Part shown: positions 21,053-31,143 of the stretch, one piece after another | Layout of the letters: each line of letters starts with the position of its first letter | How positions within the stretch are numbered: position 1 is the first letter of the stretch | Source: Leptospiria bacterium | Lineage (GTDB): Bacteria; Spirochaetota; Leptospiria; Turneriellales; CBDBES01 | NCBI GenBank assembly: GCA_965261485.1 | Contig: CBDHCY010000005.1 | Span: forward strand, 1,359,616-1,423,615 | Reading direction: 5' to 3' | Length of the DNA: 64,000 bases | Translations under genes and position numbers: made by a program | Notes under the pieces: model-generated | Databases searched by the model: none | What the model was told of the DNA's origin: nothing | The model's input: the letters and a program-made list of their open reading frames with translations, nothing else

Positions 21053-24000
21053 TTATCTTGAGAAAAAATCTTCAACTTGGCTCAAGAGTGTTTCTTCCTC
21101 TACTTCATGCCCAACCCCGACAAGATCACTTCTTTCTGAAATCAATTGAGAGCTACCACCTTTAACAAACTCAGAAGCTCCACGTATTTTATGAGAGACT
21201 GTTCCCTGCCCTGACAACCAATACTCTTCGTAACTATAATCTCTAAATTTTCGATTTTGATTAGAAGCTTTCCATTTGCTCACTCGATCGTTTGCAGCAT
21301 ACGCCATATTTGCTGCAGCGACGTCTATATAATGCCTACCCATCGCATTTTTGCCACCAAGTTTTTGAAAAACGTACCAACGTATGTTAAGAAGAAGTTT
21401 TTCATTATCCTTTTTAAAATCCCTCTCATTATCATAGTCTACAGGACTTTTCAAGACAGAGACAGCCAATTTGCTAGAAGGTAAGCTTGAAATCCGCTTG
21501 CCAATAAGCTTTCTATTTATATAATCAGCACCAACCGAAGAAACTCCATCCTCATTCTCTACTAGATTGCCATGGCTATCTCTACTACCCCGAAACTTCC
21601 AAAAAGTTGGAATATAATCTAACATAAGATCAATATAAGCTACATTTTCAGATAAAGAAGCATGACGCATATTATGTGCATAATGAGTGCGATAAACTTT
21701 CTGAGCCTCTTCATAAAGTCTATCAGCTTCATTCCACGAATACCAATAAAAACCCGCATTTGTTTCATTTTGAGTTATGTCCCTTTCTTTTGCTAGCCTC
21801 ACACTTTCGAATAAACGCCGATCCCATGTTTCTTGCCTATTAGAGTGATAGGCAAAAGCCCAACTAAGTTGGCATCTCAAATCTGCAGAGATACAACGCC
21901 TAAGAGTTGGTAATTGATTTTCGGTTGCGAGATCCCAAGCGTCCCCTGGACCATGAAATAATTCAAGAGGAGCTGCACTACCATTAAGAGATTTAAGCCC
22001 AGCTATTGTAGTTTGATATGTATCATTGATTGATCTTGATGCATGAAGTTCTTCATGACTTCCACCAATCAATAATTCTTCACCTTCAGCACCATTTATA
22101 CTCACCGACCCATCACCACTCCAGTAACTAGCGTCGATAGTAATATTCATCATACGACTAGCACCCCATATTGCACCTGCGTATGAAGCATCTTTATTTC
22201 CATTATGCCCTACTTCCTTAACGGCGAAGACACCTCCACCTCCAAAATAAGATTGCTGCATTTCAAAAGCATTACCCGACCAACCCACGATACCGCCAAC
22301 TATATTATTAGCAGAGATTAAGGCATCACCAGCAAAATAACTATTCTGAAGTAAAAAATAGCCTTCATGAGCACCTATTATTCCACCGGCTATACCAAGA
22401 ACAGGTGAATTAAGAAAGTCTAGCCCTTGGGGAGATTTAACATTCTGTAGAACCTCATGATACCACGGAATTTGGCAATAATTTGCTGGATTATAATCGT
22501 CACCACCACCACCACCCTGACATCCTGAAACAAGTTTGAAATTGGCGGCGGCTAGCCATTTAGTTTCATTGTCGACAAGACGAGATGCAAAAGCACTCAA
22601 GGCCGACTCAAAGCTATCAGATCTTTCTGTCTCTCTATAAGAGCGGATATTTTTAGATACAAGAGTTGGACGAGCGGAAATTTCGCTAAGGGAGTAAACA
22701 TAACTATTTGTAATCATAGCATCACCTTGACTCATACCGACCAGACCACCAGCAACATTTTCAGAGTAAATCTTACCTTCTCCTTCTATTTTTTCTTCTG
22801 ATTCTTTTTTTGATTCTTTTTCTGATTCACCTGAATGGCGTATTGCTTTTTTTGCAGTAGAGAAGTAGCTATTAGTAATAAGCAAGTCGTTAGTCGCTCT
22901 CCTATTATAAGCAATTCTTCGCAAGTCTTTAGCTTCCTCAGTGGGCAGAAGAACATCTGGAACTTTAGCATAAAATCCACCACGAAGATAATCATGATAT
23001 GACCTTACCAACCCACGACTTCCATAGCTGTCGAGACCATTTCCATCTGTCCCTAGTTTCTTATATTGTTCTATAACTTTTGCGTAGTAGGATCTCTCAA
23101 ACGAAGGAAGGACGGACTTAATCTTTTTCTCTACTTGTATTCGAGAAGTTAAAAGTCCACCTACTTTTAGGTCGGTTCTATCTATCTCACTGATAACCTC
23201 AGTAAAAGTAGGATTGTTCCCGAGCCAAAAGTCATGAGGTATACCCATATTATGAGTTTCTTCGTTCCCACGCATAAAACCATGTTCTCCAAAAATGAGT
23301 ACACCATCAATACCCGCTTCTCCCGGGTCAATCTTTATCTCGTGTATAAGATCACCCAGAGCATTAGTCAAGGCATAAGTTCTATCCGCTCTCCACTGCT
23401 TTGATACTTTATTATCATCACCATTCAATGAATTATAACGATTTGTTTCTTCCGTTAAATTAAATAGGACTTTCCCTGCAGGAAGACTTAAGCTTCGACT
23501 ACCAAAATAACCGATCAAACCACCAGAGAAGGAGTCAACAGGATATTGAGATTCAATAGGGTATTCAGTATTAAGAGTAGCCACTGGGGTTAAATAGCCA
23601 GCAAGAATATCACCTCTACCCCATACAGCATCGGTATAAAATATAACATCACCGTCAGCGTAACCAACAAGACCACCTGAAAAAGACTTGAAAGGAGAGG
23701 AAGCTGAGACTCCACCACCACCAGAGAATGCACTTTCACGAACATCTAAGGTAGAACCAAAATTATATGAATCTTCACCACGAATCTCATCCATACCATC
23801 ATAATAACCAACGAGCCCACCAGCAGAGGAAAGAGAAGTGGAACCAGCAAAAACACCACCTCTTTTACCACTAAAGTTAGACTTTCTAATGCTCAGCCCA
23901 CCACCATTATCTTCATAACCAGTGCCAGAAAAGTACCCGACCAAGCCTCCTGAGAAGGCTTTTGAACGACCAGAAAAGGTAGACGAAGCAAAAACATGAA

Positions 24001-26485
24001 GGCCGTCAACATTAACCATCATAATCTCCAATTTTCCTCCAGGCCTACCCCGAACACCAGTACCGTCGAAATAACCAACAAGACCACCTGAAAAAGCATT
24101 AGACTCACTAACCCTCGAAGATTGAGAGGCATGTGAAGAAATATTACCTTCGCCACCAACCCAACTATCAACAATACTCAAATCAGTTCCTTTGATATCA
24201 CCAGCACCTAGACCAGCACTTGGACGACCATCAAAGTAGCCAATCATACCACCAGAATAATAATGGAAACGAGAAGCGAGGGGAGCATAAGAAGAGACCC
24301 CATAACCTTTTAGATAAACTTTAGTACGATAAATCTCTATTCTACCATCACCAGCCTCTGGTGTTTGTGCACCACCGCTAAGATAACCCACGAGACCACC
24401 AGAATAAGCACCGAAAAGACCAAAAGCAGAAACAGAGCCAGAAAAACCAGTACTCTCAATTTTCAACATATTTCTACGAGAATTTATTGAAGAACGAACG
24501 AATGATCCATCCTCACCTCGTAATCCCTTAAAAAAGCCTACAAAACCGCCAGCGTAACTACCAAAAACACCGTCAGAAAAGATACCTTCTACAGTGTGAA
24601 TCTTAATAAGCTCCGCTACTACATTATAAGACGATTTACCCACAATACCACCCGCATAGGCACTACCATTGGAAGAATGAGCAAAAACACCATCAACAAG
24701 AGTACGACTACTACTATACTCAATATGCCCATCAGATGCACCTACAAGACCACCGGCAGAAGCCCCTCCAAAACCTACGGCAGTAACTACGGCACGACTA
24801 TGAGTATCTCCAGAAGAGAATAATTCTTTGCCATAAGATACATTATGCATATATAAACGAGAAGGAGAACGACGCGAAAAAGATGGTCTAACACAGCCCA
24901 CTATACCACCAGCACCGACAATAGCCCACTCATTTTGACTAAGAGAAAAAGCAGAGACAGAAGCATACACATGAACGTTATTAATATTTACATTTTCCCC
25001 AGAAGATGAAGCAAGCCCCCCAGAACAGCCAGTAGAACGTAACGAACCACTTCGAATAATTAAATTTTTGACATCTACTCTCCTAGATCTGTGCCCTAAA
25101 GACCAGAATAAGCCAGAATCAGCAGAATCAATATTTACCCATAGATTCTGAATCTCATATTGATTACCATCAAATAAGCCAGTGAAGCTTCCCCAAGGTC
25201 TGACTCCTTGAGTTAACGCTCCAATAGGCACCCAACTATCATCTTGATCTGTATCAATTACGGTTACACTTTCACCTGCATCATCAGTGTCACCATCACT
25301 ATTTTTATCAATCGTTATTTCCTTCGTATCAATACGTCCATTGCCATTTCTATCGAGAGAATGAAGTAAGTCAATATTTCTTGCCAATTCATAGCCTACA
25401 CAACCACCCGCAGGACACCCCTGTGTATTGCCGCTACCAAGACTTGAAGTTTGGTAACTTGTACCCTCAAGATTATAACGAATATTATTCAACATGCTGG
25501 CATTATAAATTTCAATAAGACCATTACCATCTTTATCAACGACAGCCACAATCGCTATATCTATTGAAACCGCCGAGTTATAAAAGGAAATATCATCGGT
25601 AGACTCATTCGTTAAAACATCATGCGTAATGGAAGTCACCAATGTATCTGTTAAAAGGGAATGACTCACAACGATACGACGAGGTGTATTAAAATTTGAT
25701 TGAGTAAAAATAATATCTGATGGAGTGATTACCATATCACTATTCATAGAATCTAAACTTAATCGTACTTGCTTCCCCGGAGCGGGTTGATGACTAAGAT
25801 GAATAGTGTATTCTTTTTCTTCATCTTCATTAAAGCTTAACTCAGATTTAGAAAAAATCAATCGCCCGGCACCATCATCGATAAGAGCTCCATTCTCATC
25901 AACAGCACCACTATCATTATCTAAAATATTTACCATAACCCCATCTGCAGATAGCGACTCGTCTTCTTCAGCCGCATCAGAGATATAATGAGAGACATAC
26001 CCACTATAATCACCTCTAAAATCATTATCAGCAGCACTAATAATAACTCTTTTTTCTACATTCCAATCACCACGACTAAACTCAAGCTCAGAAGGATACA
26101 CACTCAGTGCAGCATGATCAGAAAGAATACGAATTGCTACAGGACTCGACGACGACGAAGGTTTACGATTAAGTTTAATTGTATAGGTTGATCGATTACC
26201 CTCCGCCAAACTAACTAAACCTGGCGATACTATAATACTTAACGGAGTATCAACACCACCCACACTTGCAAGGAATGTAATAGGAATCGCTTCTAAACTA
26301 TAGCCATCAACGCTTGGATTTGTAGACTGCAAAGTTTGCACCATAAGCTTACAACGAAGCTCAGATTCTTTAAACTGAACATTAGAAGCCTGGAAAGCAA
26401 ATTCAGACCAAGAACTCCAATTATTACTACCCCACGTCGTTTCATTTTTATTTATTTTAATTTGTGATAATTGTCGCAGACTCAC
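21053..26485 (-). CDS. Giant GLUG-repeat surface protein, body of a frameshift-split gene
   Basis: 1810 aa. It has Calx-beta-like modules (...VMVNILDNDSG) and a Ca-binding DKDGNGLIEI / DRNGNGRID / DKNSDGDTDD module. Dozens of degenerate GLUG repeats follow (AGGLVG, FSGGLVGY, ITNSY). The N-terminus lacks a signal peptide, which lies in the overlapping upstream ORF. Confidence 0.85.
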   Translation of the reverse strand: MSLRQLSQIKINKNETTWGSNNWSSWSEFAFQASNVQFKESELRCKLMVQTLQSTNPSVDGYSLEAIPITFLASVGGVDTPLSIIVSPGLVSLAEGNRSTYTIKLNRKPSSSSSPVAIRILSDHAALSVYPSELEFSRGDWNVEKRVIISAADNDFRGDYSGYVSHYISDAAEEDESLSADGVMVNILDNDSGAVDENGALIDDGAGRLIFSKSELSFNEDEEKEYTIHLSHQPAPGKQVRLSLDSMNSDMVITPSDIIFTQSNFNTPRRIVVSHSLLTDTLVTSITHDVLTNESTDDISFYNSAVSIDIAIVAVVDKDGNGLIEIYNASMLNNIRYNLEGTSYQTSSLGSGNTQGCPAGGCVGYELARNIDLLHSLDRNGNGRIDTKEITIDKNSDGDTDDAGESVTVIDTDQDDSWVPIGALTQGVRPWGSFTGLFDGNQYEIQNLWVNIDSADSGLFWSLGHRSRRVDVKNLIIRSGSLRSTGCSGGLASSSGENVNINNVHVYASVSAFSLSQNEWAIVGAGGIVGCVRPSFSRRSPSRLYMHNVSYGKELFSSGDTHSRAVVTAVGFGGASAGGLVGASDGHIEYSSSRTLVDGVFAHSSNGSAYAGGIVGKSSYNVVAELIKIHTVEGIFSDGVFGSYAGGFVGFFKGLRGEDGSFVRSSINSRRNMLKIESTGFSGSVSAFGLFGAYSGGLVGYLSGGAQTPEAGDGRIEIYRTKVYLKGYGVSSYAPLASRFHYYSGGMIGYFDGRPSAGLGAGDIKGTDLSIVDSWVGGEGNISSHASQSSRVSESNAFSGGLVGYFDGTGVRGRPGGKLEIMMVNVDGLHVFASSTFSGRSKAFSGGLVGYFSGTGYEDNGGGLSIRKSNFSGKRGGVFAGSTSLSSAGGLVGYYDGMDEIRGEDSYNFGSTLDVRESAFSGGGGVSASSPFKSFSGGLVGYADGDVIFYTDAVWGRGDILAGYLTPVATLNTEYPIESQYPVDSFSGGLIGYFGSRSLSLPAGKVLFNLTEETNRYNSLNGDDNKVSKQWRADRTYALTNALGDLIHEIKIDPGEAGIDGVLIFGEHGFMRGNEETHNMGIPHDFWLGNNPTFTEVISEIDRTDLKVGGLLTSRIQVEKKIKSVLPSFERSYYAKVIEQYKKLGTDGNGLDSYGSRGLVRSYHDYLRGGFYAKVPDVLLPTEEAKDLRRIAYNRRATNDLLITNSYFSTAKKAIRHSGESEKESKKESEEKIEGEGKIYSENVAGGLVGMSQGDAMITNSYVYSLSEISARPTLVSKNIRSYRETERSDSFESALSAFASRLVDNETKWLAAANFKLVSGCQGGGGGDDYNPANYCQIPWYHEVLQNVKSPQGLDFLNSPVLGIAGGIIGAHEGYFLLQNSYFAGDALISANNIVGGIVGWSGNAFEMQQSYFGGGGVFAVKEVGHNGNKDASYAGAIWGASRMMNITIDASYWSGDGSVSINGAEGEELLIGGSHEELHASRSINDTYQTTIAGLKSLNGSAAPLELFHGPGDAWDLATENQLPTLRRCISADLRCQLSWAFAYHSNRQETWDRRLFESVRLAKERDITQNETNAGFYWYSWNEADRLYEEAQKVYRTHYAHNMRHASLSENVAYIDLMLDYIPTFWKFRGSRDSHGNLVENEDGVSSVGADYINRKLIGKRISSLPSSKLAVSVLKSPVDYDNERDFKKDNEKLLLNIRWYVFQKLGGKNAMGRHYIDVAAANMAYAANDRVSKWKASNQNRKFRDYSYEEYWLSGQGTVSHKIRGASEFVKGGSSQLISERSDLVGVGHEVEEETLLSQVEDFFSR

Positions 26486-26783
26486 TCATTCCATCACAAG
26501 CAAGATTAGCAGCAAGATTTGCCGTTTGCTTATCGAGTAAGCCCTCTTTGAGACGAAAACCAACCGAACCAAGTTCTCCTTTGTAAATTAGAACCTCTTT
26601 TTTGCTTGCTTCAAGAATCTCATCAGAGGAACCTACAAATGCACCAGAACACTGGAGTAAATAGACCAAGGGAATAAAGAAAAAAGCTCTCCACCCAAAA
26701 CTAGACAGAAAAATACTTTTAAAAAACTTGTAGAACTTCCTAATTAATAGGTTTTTTGAAATTTTTTGACTAAACTCTTTCAT
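26457..26783 (-). CDS. N-terminal signal-peptide fragment of the giant GLUG protein
   Basis: The ORF aligns with residues ~1-115 of the 1378 aa paralog (FFKSIFLSSFGWRAFFFIPLVYLLQCSG vs FFKRYSLFTWAWRIGLSIVLACLIQCSG, then KGELGSVGFRLKE vs KGEKGSIGFQLKE). The likely start is the internal ATG at 26783, preceded by AAGGAG. The track start is 26825. Confidence 0.7.
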   Translation of the reverse strand: MKEFSQKISKNLLIRKFYKFFKSIFLSSFGWRAFFFIPLVYLLQCSGAFVGSSDEILEASKKEVLIYKGELGSVGFRLKEGLLDKQTANLAANLACDGMSESATIITN

Positions 26784-26837
26784 AGAAGACTCCTTTCGCA
26801 AATATTTTTTTAGGCACTCCAACACTTCATGTTATGA

Positions 26838-26866
26838 CATCTAACATTTCAAAGATAAAATTGCAA
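26838..26866 (-). promoter_or_regulatory. Promoter-like block conserved upstream of both large GLUG genes (copy 1)
   Basis: On the minus strand: TTGCAA (26866-26861), a 17 nt spacer ending TGT, then TAGATG (26843-26838), 55 nt from the ATG at 26783. It aligns with 51139-51167. Confidence 0.35.
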
Positions 26867-26992
26867 GAAAAAAATAATAAAAGTCAAATTTATTTACTAA
26901 ATCGAGGTCAAATTCAAATATTCTCTCTAAAAATAACTCACTTTAAGAATATTTCTTTAAATAGTGAGTCAATGCACAAACAGATTTTTATT

Positions 26993-27019
26993 TAAATAAA
27001 TCTACTTTACTTCCGACAT
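26993..27019 (+). promoter_or_regulatory. Sigma28 (FliA)-type promoter candidate for fliD
   Basis: TAAA (26993-26996), 15 nt, then tCCGAcAt (27012-27019), compared with the consensus TAAA-N15-GCCGATAA. It lies about 50 nt upstream of the fliD ATG. Confidence 0.35.
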
Positions 27020-27069
27020 AGCTCAATGCCCGTGTCTACAGCTTATCATAAAAGACTATGGAGTAACTA

Positions 27070-29139
27070 ATGCCAGCAATGTATGGTTTATCTTCTGGTA
27101 TTGACACCCAGAAAATTATTAAAGACCTCAAGAAAATTGAGCAGCAACCAATAAAACATCTAGAAAGGCAAAAGGAAGAAAGAAGCCTTGAAAATAAGAT
27201 TCTCGTAGAATTGCAAAAAATGAGTAAAAATCTTGAAACACAAGCAAAATTACTATTTAATTTTGATACAAACTATGAATCTAAAAAAATTACCTCTGAA
27301 GACCCTGATGCAATAGAAGGATTTGCCTCTTCCAAGGCAGAAAATAATCAATATCGTATTGAAATAAAGAAATTAGCGACCAAACTAACAATAGGCAGCA
27401 AAAAGATCAAATTAAATAAAAAGATACCTCAAGGTAGCATTTCAATCGAAGGAAAACAAAAAAAATTTAAAGGAGGTAGCCTAAATAAGTTTAAGAATTT
27501 TTTAAATGAAAACTATTCTGAATTTTTATCAGCGAAAAAAATCAAAATATCTTCAGAGATAGAACAACTTATCATCGAAAGCAAAAAAGAAGGAATAAAA
27601 GGTATTCTAAAAATCAAAGATCCTGACCAAATTTTAAAAAATTTAAGTATCTTTGATAAAAATCAACATCTTACAAAGGGTAAACAAACCAAAAAAATTG
27701 ATAGTAACCCAATAACTCAACCAAAAGAGATGTTCTCACCTATTTTTTTTGAAGCTATGCAAATGAAAGTCATCTCAAATGGACCTAGTGAAATCTCTAG
27801 TAATCGAAAAGCTCTTAGTCTCAGCAAAAAAGCAGCAAAAGAACTTTTAACTTCCCCCCCCTATAAAAAAAATGCGAGAGTAAAGAGCCTTAATCTCAGT
27901 ATCGATCATCAACCTCTTCCAAAACTTAAAAAAGATCTAGCTCCTACTCAATTTAACTTTGGACCAACTCACATAATCAATATAAAAGAGATTCAATTGA
28001 ACACCTATAACTTAAATCGAAAGCGTAAAATAGAGAAACCTATCGTAAAAGAAGTTGATTACGGAATAATACTAAAATCAAACAAAGAAGCCGCAGAAAA
28101 AATATCTTTGAAAGGCAAGGGTCGTTTTCAACAGATACCCGTCCATGATGAAATATACGCTATCGAATTTTACACACACAATACAAAAATAAGCTTTATA
28201 GACCCTACTTGGGCTTATAATATCGAAGTGCCCAAATCTTTAGAAAATAAAAAAAAACCAAATAAAAATAATGATGATGATATTACTTTAAACCAAAAAA
28301 AGACTTTTCCCAACCTTATAAAACCAGCTCAAGATGCGAAGATTAAAATTGATGGAGTTGAAGTAGAAAGAGCAAAAAATAAAGATATCAATGATATTAT
28401 CGATGGAGTACAACTTAATCTTTTTAAAAAGACAGAGGGCCCAATTAAAGTGAGTATAGTAACAAATCATAATGACATTAAACAAAAGATTATTCTTTTC
28501 GTAGAAGCATATAATAAATTATTAGAATTTACTCAAGAAAACTCTCAAACAGATGAGCTTATCAAAGAAGTAGGTAAATTTGATAAGATGGCAAAATTAA
28601 AAGGGAAAACAGGTGTTTTTATGACAAACCTTGCTGTTCGTAACTTGATTAACGGGCTAAAGCGTAGGGTATCTGATCCGTATCCAACTTTTCGTAAACC
28701 TAAAATTAAAATTTCTGCCACGTTAGGAATCTCTACGGGTAAAATTGGTGCAAATTGGCAAGAAATTTCAAAAGGATACCTACAGATAGATCAAGACTTA
28801 TTAGTTAAAAGACTAATTGAAAACCCTCTCGCTGTAAAAGATTTTTTTGGAAGTGATACAAACCAAGACCTAAAGATTGACAATGGGCTCGCCTTTAAAT
28901 TATATGAATTTTTAAAGCCTTATACTCAAAATTATGGAAGAGGGATACTTTATAGTAATATTGCCAACAATAAAGAGAGAATTCGCCAGCTTGATAAACG
29001 AATTTTAAAGGTAAAAGAGAAGGCTGATCGATATGAAAATCAATTGAAGAGAAAATTTGGTAGTATGGAAGCGGTCATACAAAGACAAAAAACAATTGGA
29101 AAGCAAATTCAAAATCGTTTTAAAATATCTGATAAATAA
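27070..29139 (+). CDS. fliD: Flagellar filament cap protein (hook-associated protein 2)
   Basis: 689 aa. N-terminal ...GLSSGIDTQKIIKDLKKIEQQPIKHLERQKEE and C-terminal coiled coil ...FGSMEAVIQRQKTIGKQI match the FliD_N and FliD_C patterns. Confidence 0.75.
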   Translation: MPAMYGLSSGIDTQKIIKDLKKIEQQPIKHLERQKEERSLENKILVELQKMSKNLETQAKLLFNFDTNYESKKITSEDPDAIEGFASSKAENNQYRIEIKKLATKLTIGSKKIKLNKKIPQGSISIEGKQKKFKGGSLNKFKNFLNENYSEFLSAKKIKISSEIEQLIIESKKEGIKGILKIKDPDQILKNLSIFDKNQHLTKGKQTKKIDSNPITQPKEMFSPIFFEAMQMKVISNGPSEISSNRKALSLSKKAAKELLTSPPYKKNARVKSLNLSIDHQPLPKLKKDLAPTQFNFGPTHIINIKEIQLNTYNLNRKRKIEKPIVKEVDYGIILKSNKEAAEKISLKGKGRFQQIPVHDEIYAIEFYTHNTKISFIDPTWAYNIEVPKSLENKKKPNKNNDDDITLNQKKTFPNLIKPAQDAKIKIDGVEVERAKNKDINDIIDGVQLNLFKKTEGPIKVSIVTNHNDIKQKIILFVEAYNKLLEFTQENSQTDELIKEVGKFDKMAKLKGKTGVFMTNLAVRNLINGLKRRVSDPYPTFRKPKIKISATLGISTGKIGANWQEISKGYLQIDQDLLVKRLIENPLAVKDFFGSDTNQDLKIDNGLAFKLYEFLKPYTQNYGRGILYSNIANNKERIRQLDKRILKVKEKADRYENQLKRKFGSMEAVIQRQKTIGKQIQNRFKISDK

Positions 29140-29145
29140 TAATTA

Positions 29146-29718
29146 CTAAGTATTAAAGAAGTGTGCTAAAACCTTATTCTTCCTTGCCTGTTCTCTATAA
29201 TAATTAAGTCTCTCTTTAATAATCTCAAAATCAAGATTTTTATTAAATTTATCTTTTTGCTTAAAGAAAGTTCTTTTAATTATTTTTTCATTTAATATAT
29301 ACCAAGAAGCACGAGAACTGACATGAAGTACTTTATTTTTATTTGACTCAATAGAAGCAATAGTGTAAATTCTTTTCTTCCCTAATTTCTCTAGACTTGC
29401 TCGTATCGTAAATTCTGCTTCTACTGGCACAGCTCTATAATATTTAAGCCTCAAACGGTCAGTCATCACGATGTAACCCAAATAGTGACATAGCGAACCT
29501 TGTGCTTCATCAAGCAAAGTTGATAAAATTCCTCCATGCATATACCCGGGACATCCTTGAAAAATATTATTAGAACGATACATAAAAAGAACCTGACCAG
29601 AATTCTCATCAAAAGAAAAATTAATACGCATTCCATGATTATTTAATTTTCCACAGCCAAAACAGTGCGGACCATGTATTTCTGGAGATTGATAAATTTT
29701 CTGAGAGAGATCACCCAT
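29146..29718 (-). CDS. Hotdog-fold (PaaI/4HBT-like) thioesterase
   Basis: 190 aa with CFGCGKLNNHGMRINF and GYMHGGILSTLLDEAQG motifs. Confidence 0.65.
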   Translation of the reverse strand: MGDLSQKIYQSPEIHGPHCFGCGKLNNHGMRINFSFDENSGQVLFMYRSNNIFQGCPGYMHGGILSTLLDEAQGSLCHYLGYIVMTDRLRLKYYRAVPVEAEFTIRASLEKLGKKRIYTIASIESNKNKVLHVSSRASWYILNEKIIKRTFFKQKDKFNKNLDFEIIKERLNYYREQARKNKVLAHFFNT

Positions 29719-29824
29719 TTCTAGGAAAAAGAACCTGACCCATCGTGGTAAACTATAACAGATTGTCTAGTCACATTTACTATAATATCCTTGACTTTTT
29801 GTTCCGATACTACATCTTCACACA

Positions 29825-30604
29825 ATGAGACAAATAATTTTTATTTTATTTTTAGGAGTTGCATTATATACCTCCCTTACCCCATCTTTTAGCTCAACCT
29901 CGAAAAAAGAGTTGCTACACAATATAAAAAAAATTACTCTTAAAAAAGTCTCTAAAATAAATAATACAACTTGGAATAATTGGCTCCGCTCCTATGTACA
30001 AAAGGATGGTAAAGTAAATTATAAAAGAGGGAAGCAAGAGGCACCTAAACTAAAAAAATATCTTGAATATCTATTAAGTATAGATATTCACTCTTTAAAA
30101 TCAAGGTCATCAAGATTAGCTTATCATATCAATTTATACAATGCTTTAGTAATTTATGGAGTTTTACATTATTATCCTATAAAATCTGTTCTTAAAATTA
30201 GAGATGTTGATTTTTTTCAACAAACTTTTTTTTATAGAAATAAAAAGATTACTCTTGGTAAATTTGAGCATGAAAAAATTTTCAAAAAATTTAAAGAGCC
30301 TCTTGTCCATTTTGCACTTAATTGTGCCTCATACTCGTGTCCTCCTCTAAAAAATCAAGCTTACACAGGAAAAAGACTTAAGAAACAATTAATTTGGCAA
30401 ACAAAGGCATATCTAAAAAATAAAGAATTTTTTCGTATAGATATTAAAAATAAAATATTTTATGTCATTGAGCTTTTTAAGTGGTATAAAAAAGATTTGG
30501 GTAACCCAATAAAATTTTATAAAAGATATGGTAGCCCCAAAATTAATCTATCACCATTTAATTTTAAATATATTTCTTATAATTGGTCATTAAATAAAAT
30601 ATAA
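29825..30604 (+). CDS. DUF547 domain protein with signal peptide
   Basis: 259 aa. AYHINLYNALVIYGVL and VHFALNCASYSCPPL are typical DUF547 motifs. Confidence 0.7.
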   Translation: MRQIIFILFLGVALYTSLTPSFSSTSKKELLHNIKKITLKKVSKINNTTWNNWLRSYVQKDGKVNYKRGKQEAPKLKKYLEYLLSIDIHSLKSRSSRLAYHINLYNALVIYGVLHYYPIKSVLKIRDVDFFQQTFFYRNKKITLGKFEHEKIFKKFKEPLVHFALNCASYSCPPLKNQAYTGKRLKKQLIWQTKAYLKNKEFFRIDIKNKIFYVIELFKWYKKDLGNPIKFYKRYGSPKINLSPFNFKYISYNWSLNKI

Positions 30605-30640
30605 TACCCTATAAAAGATATAAATCATATAAATTTATTT

Positions 30641-31027
30641 ATGATTATTGAGATTGAAATTGAAGAAAACTCAAATATTTTTGAATATGAATATAGAACA
30701 TTTATGGGAAAAGGTAAAAACTATCCTATTGATAAAACAATGTATTTCCCTGAGGATGGTTCTTCTCCATTTGAGGTAAATATTATTGGTTGGAAAAATG
30801 CTCAACCTGTGCAAGCCTACGCTTTATGTATAGAAGACTCAGGGGATGGTGAAGCTTGGCTCATTTATGGAGGTAATCACGGTCTCCGACTCAGAGATGT
30901 TACTGACCAACAAAGTAAATTTTCGATAAGTCATTCAAATGAATGGGGCGAAAAATATCTTTGTTATCATAAAAATTTATATCCTAAAGTTATTGAACCT
31001 TATATTAAAGCTCCTTCAGACCATTAA
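30641..31027 (+). CDS. Hypothetical protein
   Basis: 128 aa ORF with no recognisable motif. Confidence 0.35.
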   Translation: MIIEIEIEENSNIFEYEYRTFMGKGKNYPIDKTMYFPEDGSSPFEVNIIGWKNAQPVQAYALCIEDSGDGEAWLIYGGNHGLRLRDVTDQQSKFSISHSNEWGEKYLCYHKNLYPKVIEPYIKAPSDH

Positions 31028-31143
31028 AGGTTTGTGCTTATTTTTTTAAAAAAAATTAATGTCGCAACTTTGCACATGACGTGTGAAAAGGGCAGATAAA
31101 AAAGAGACTATTTTCTGCTGATCACAAACAATGCCAGATCCGC

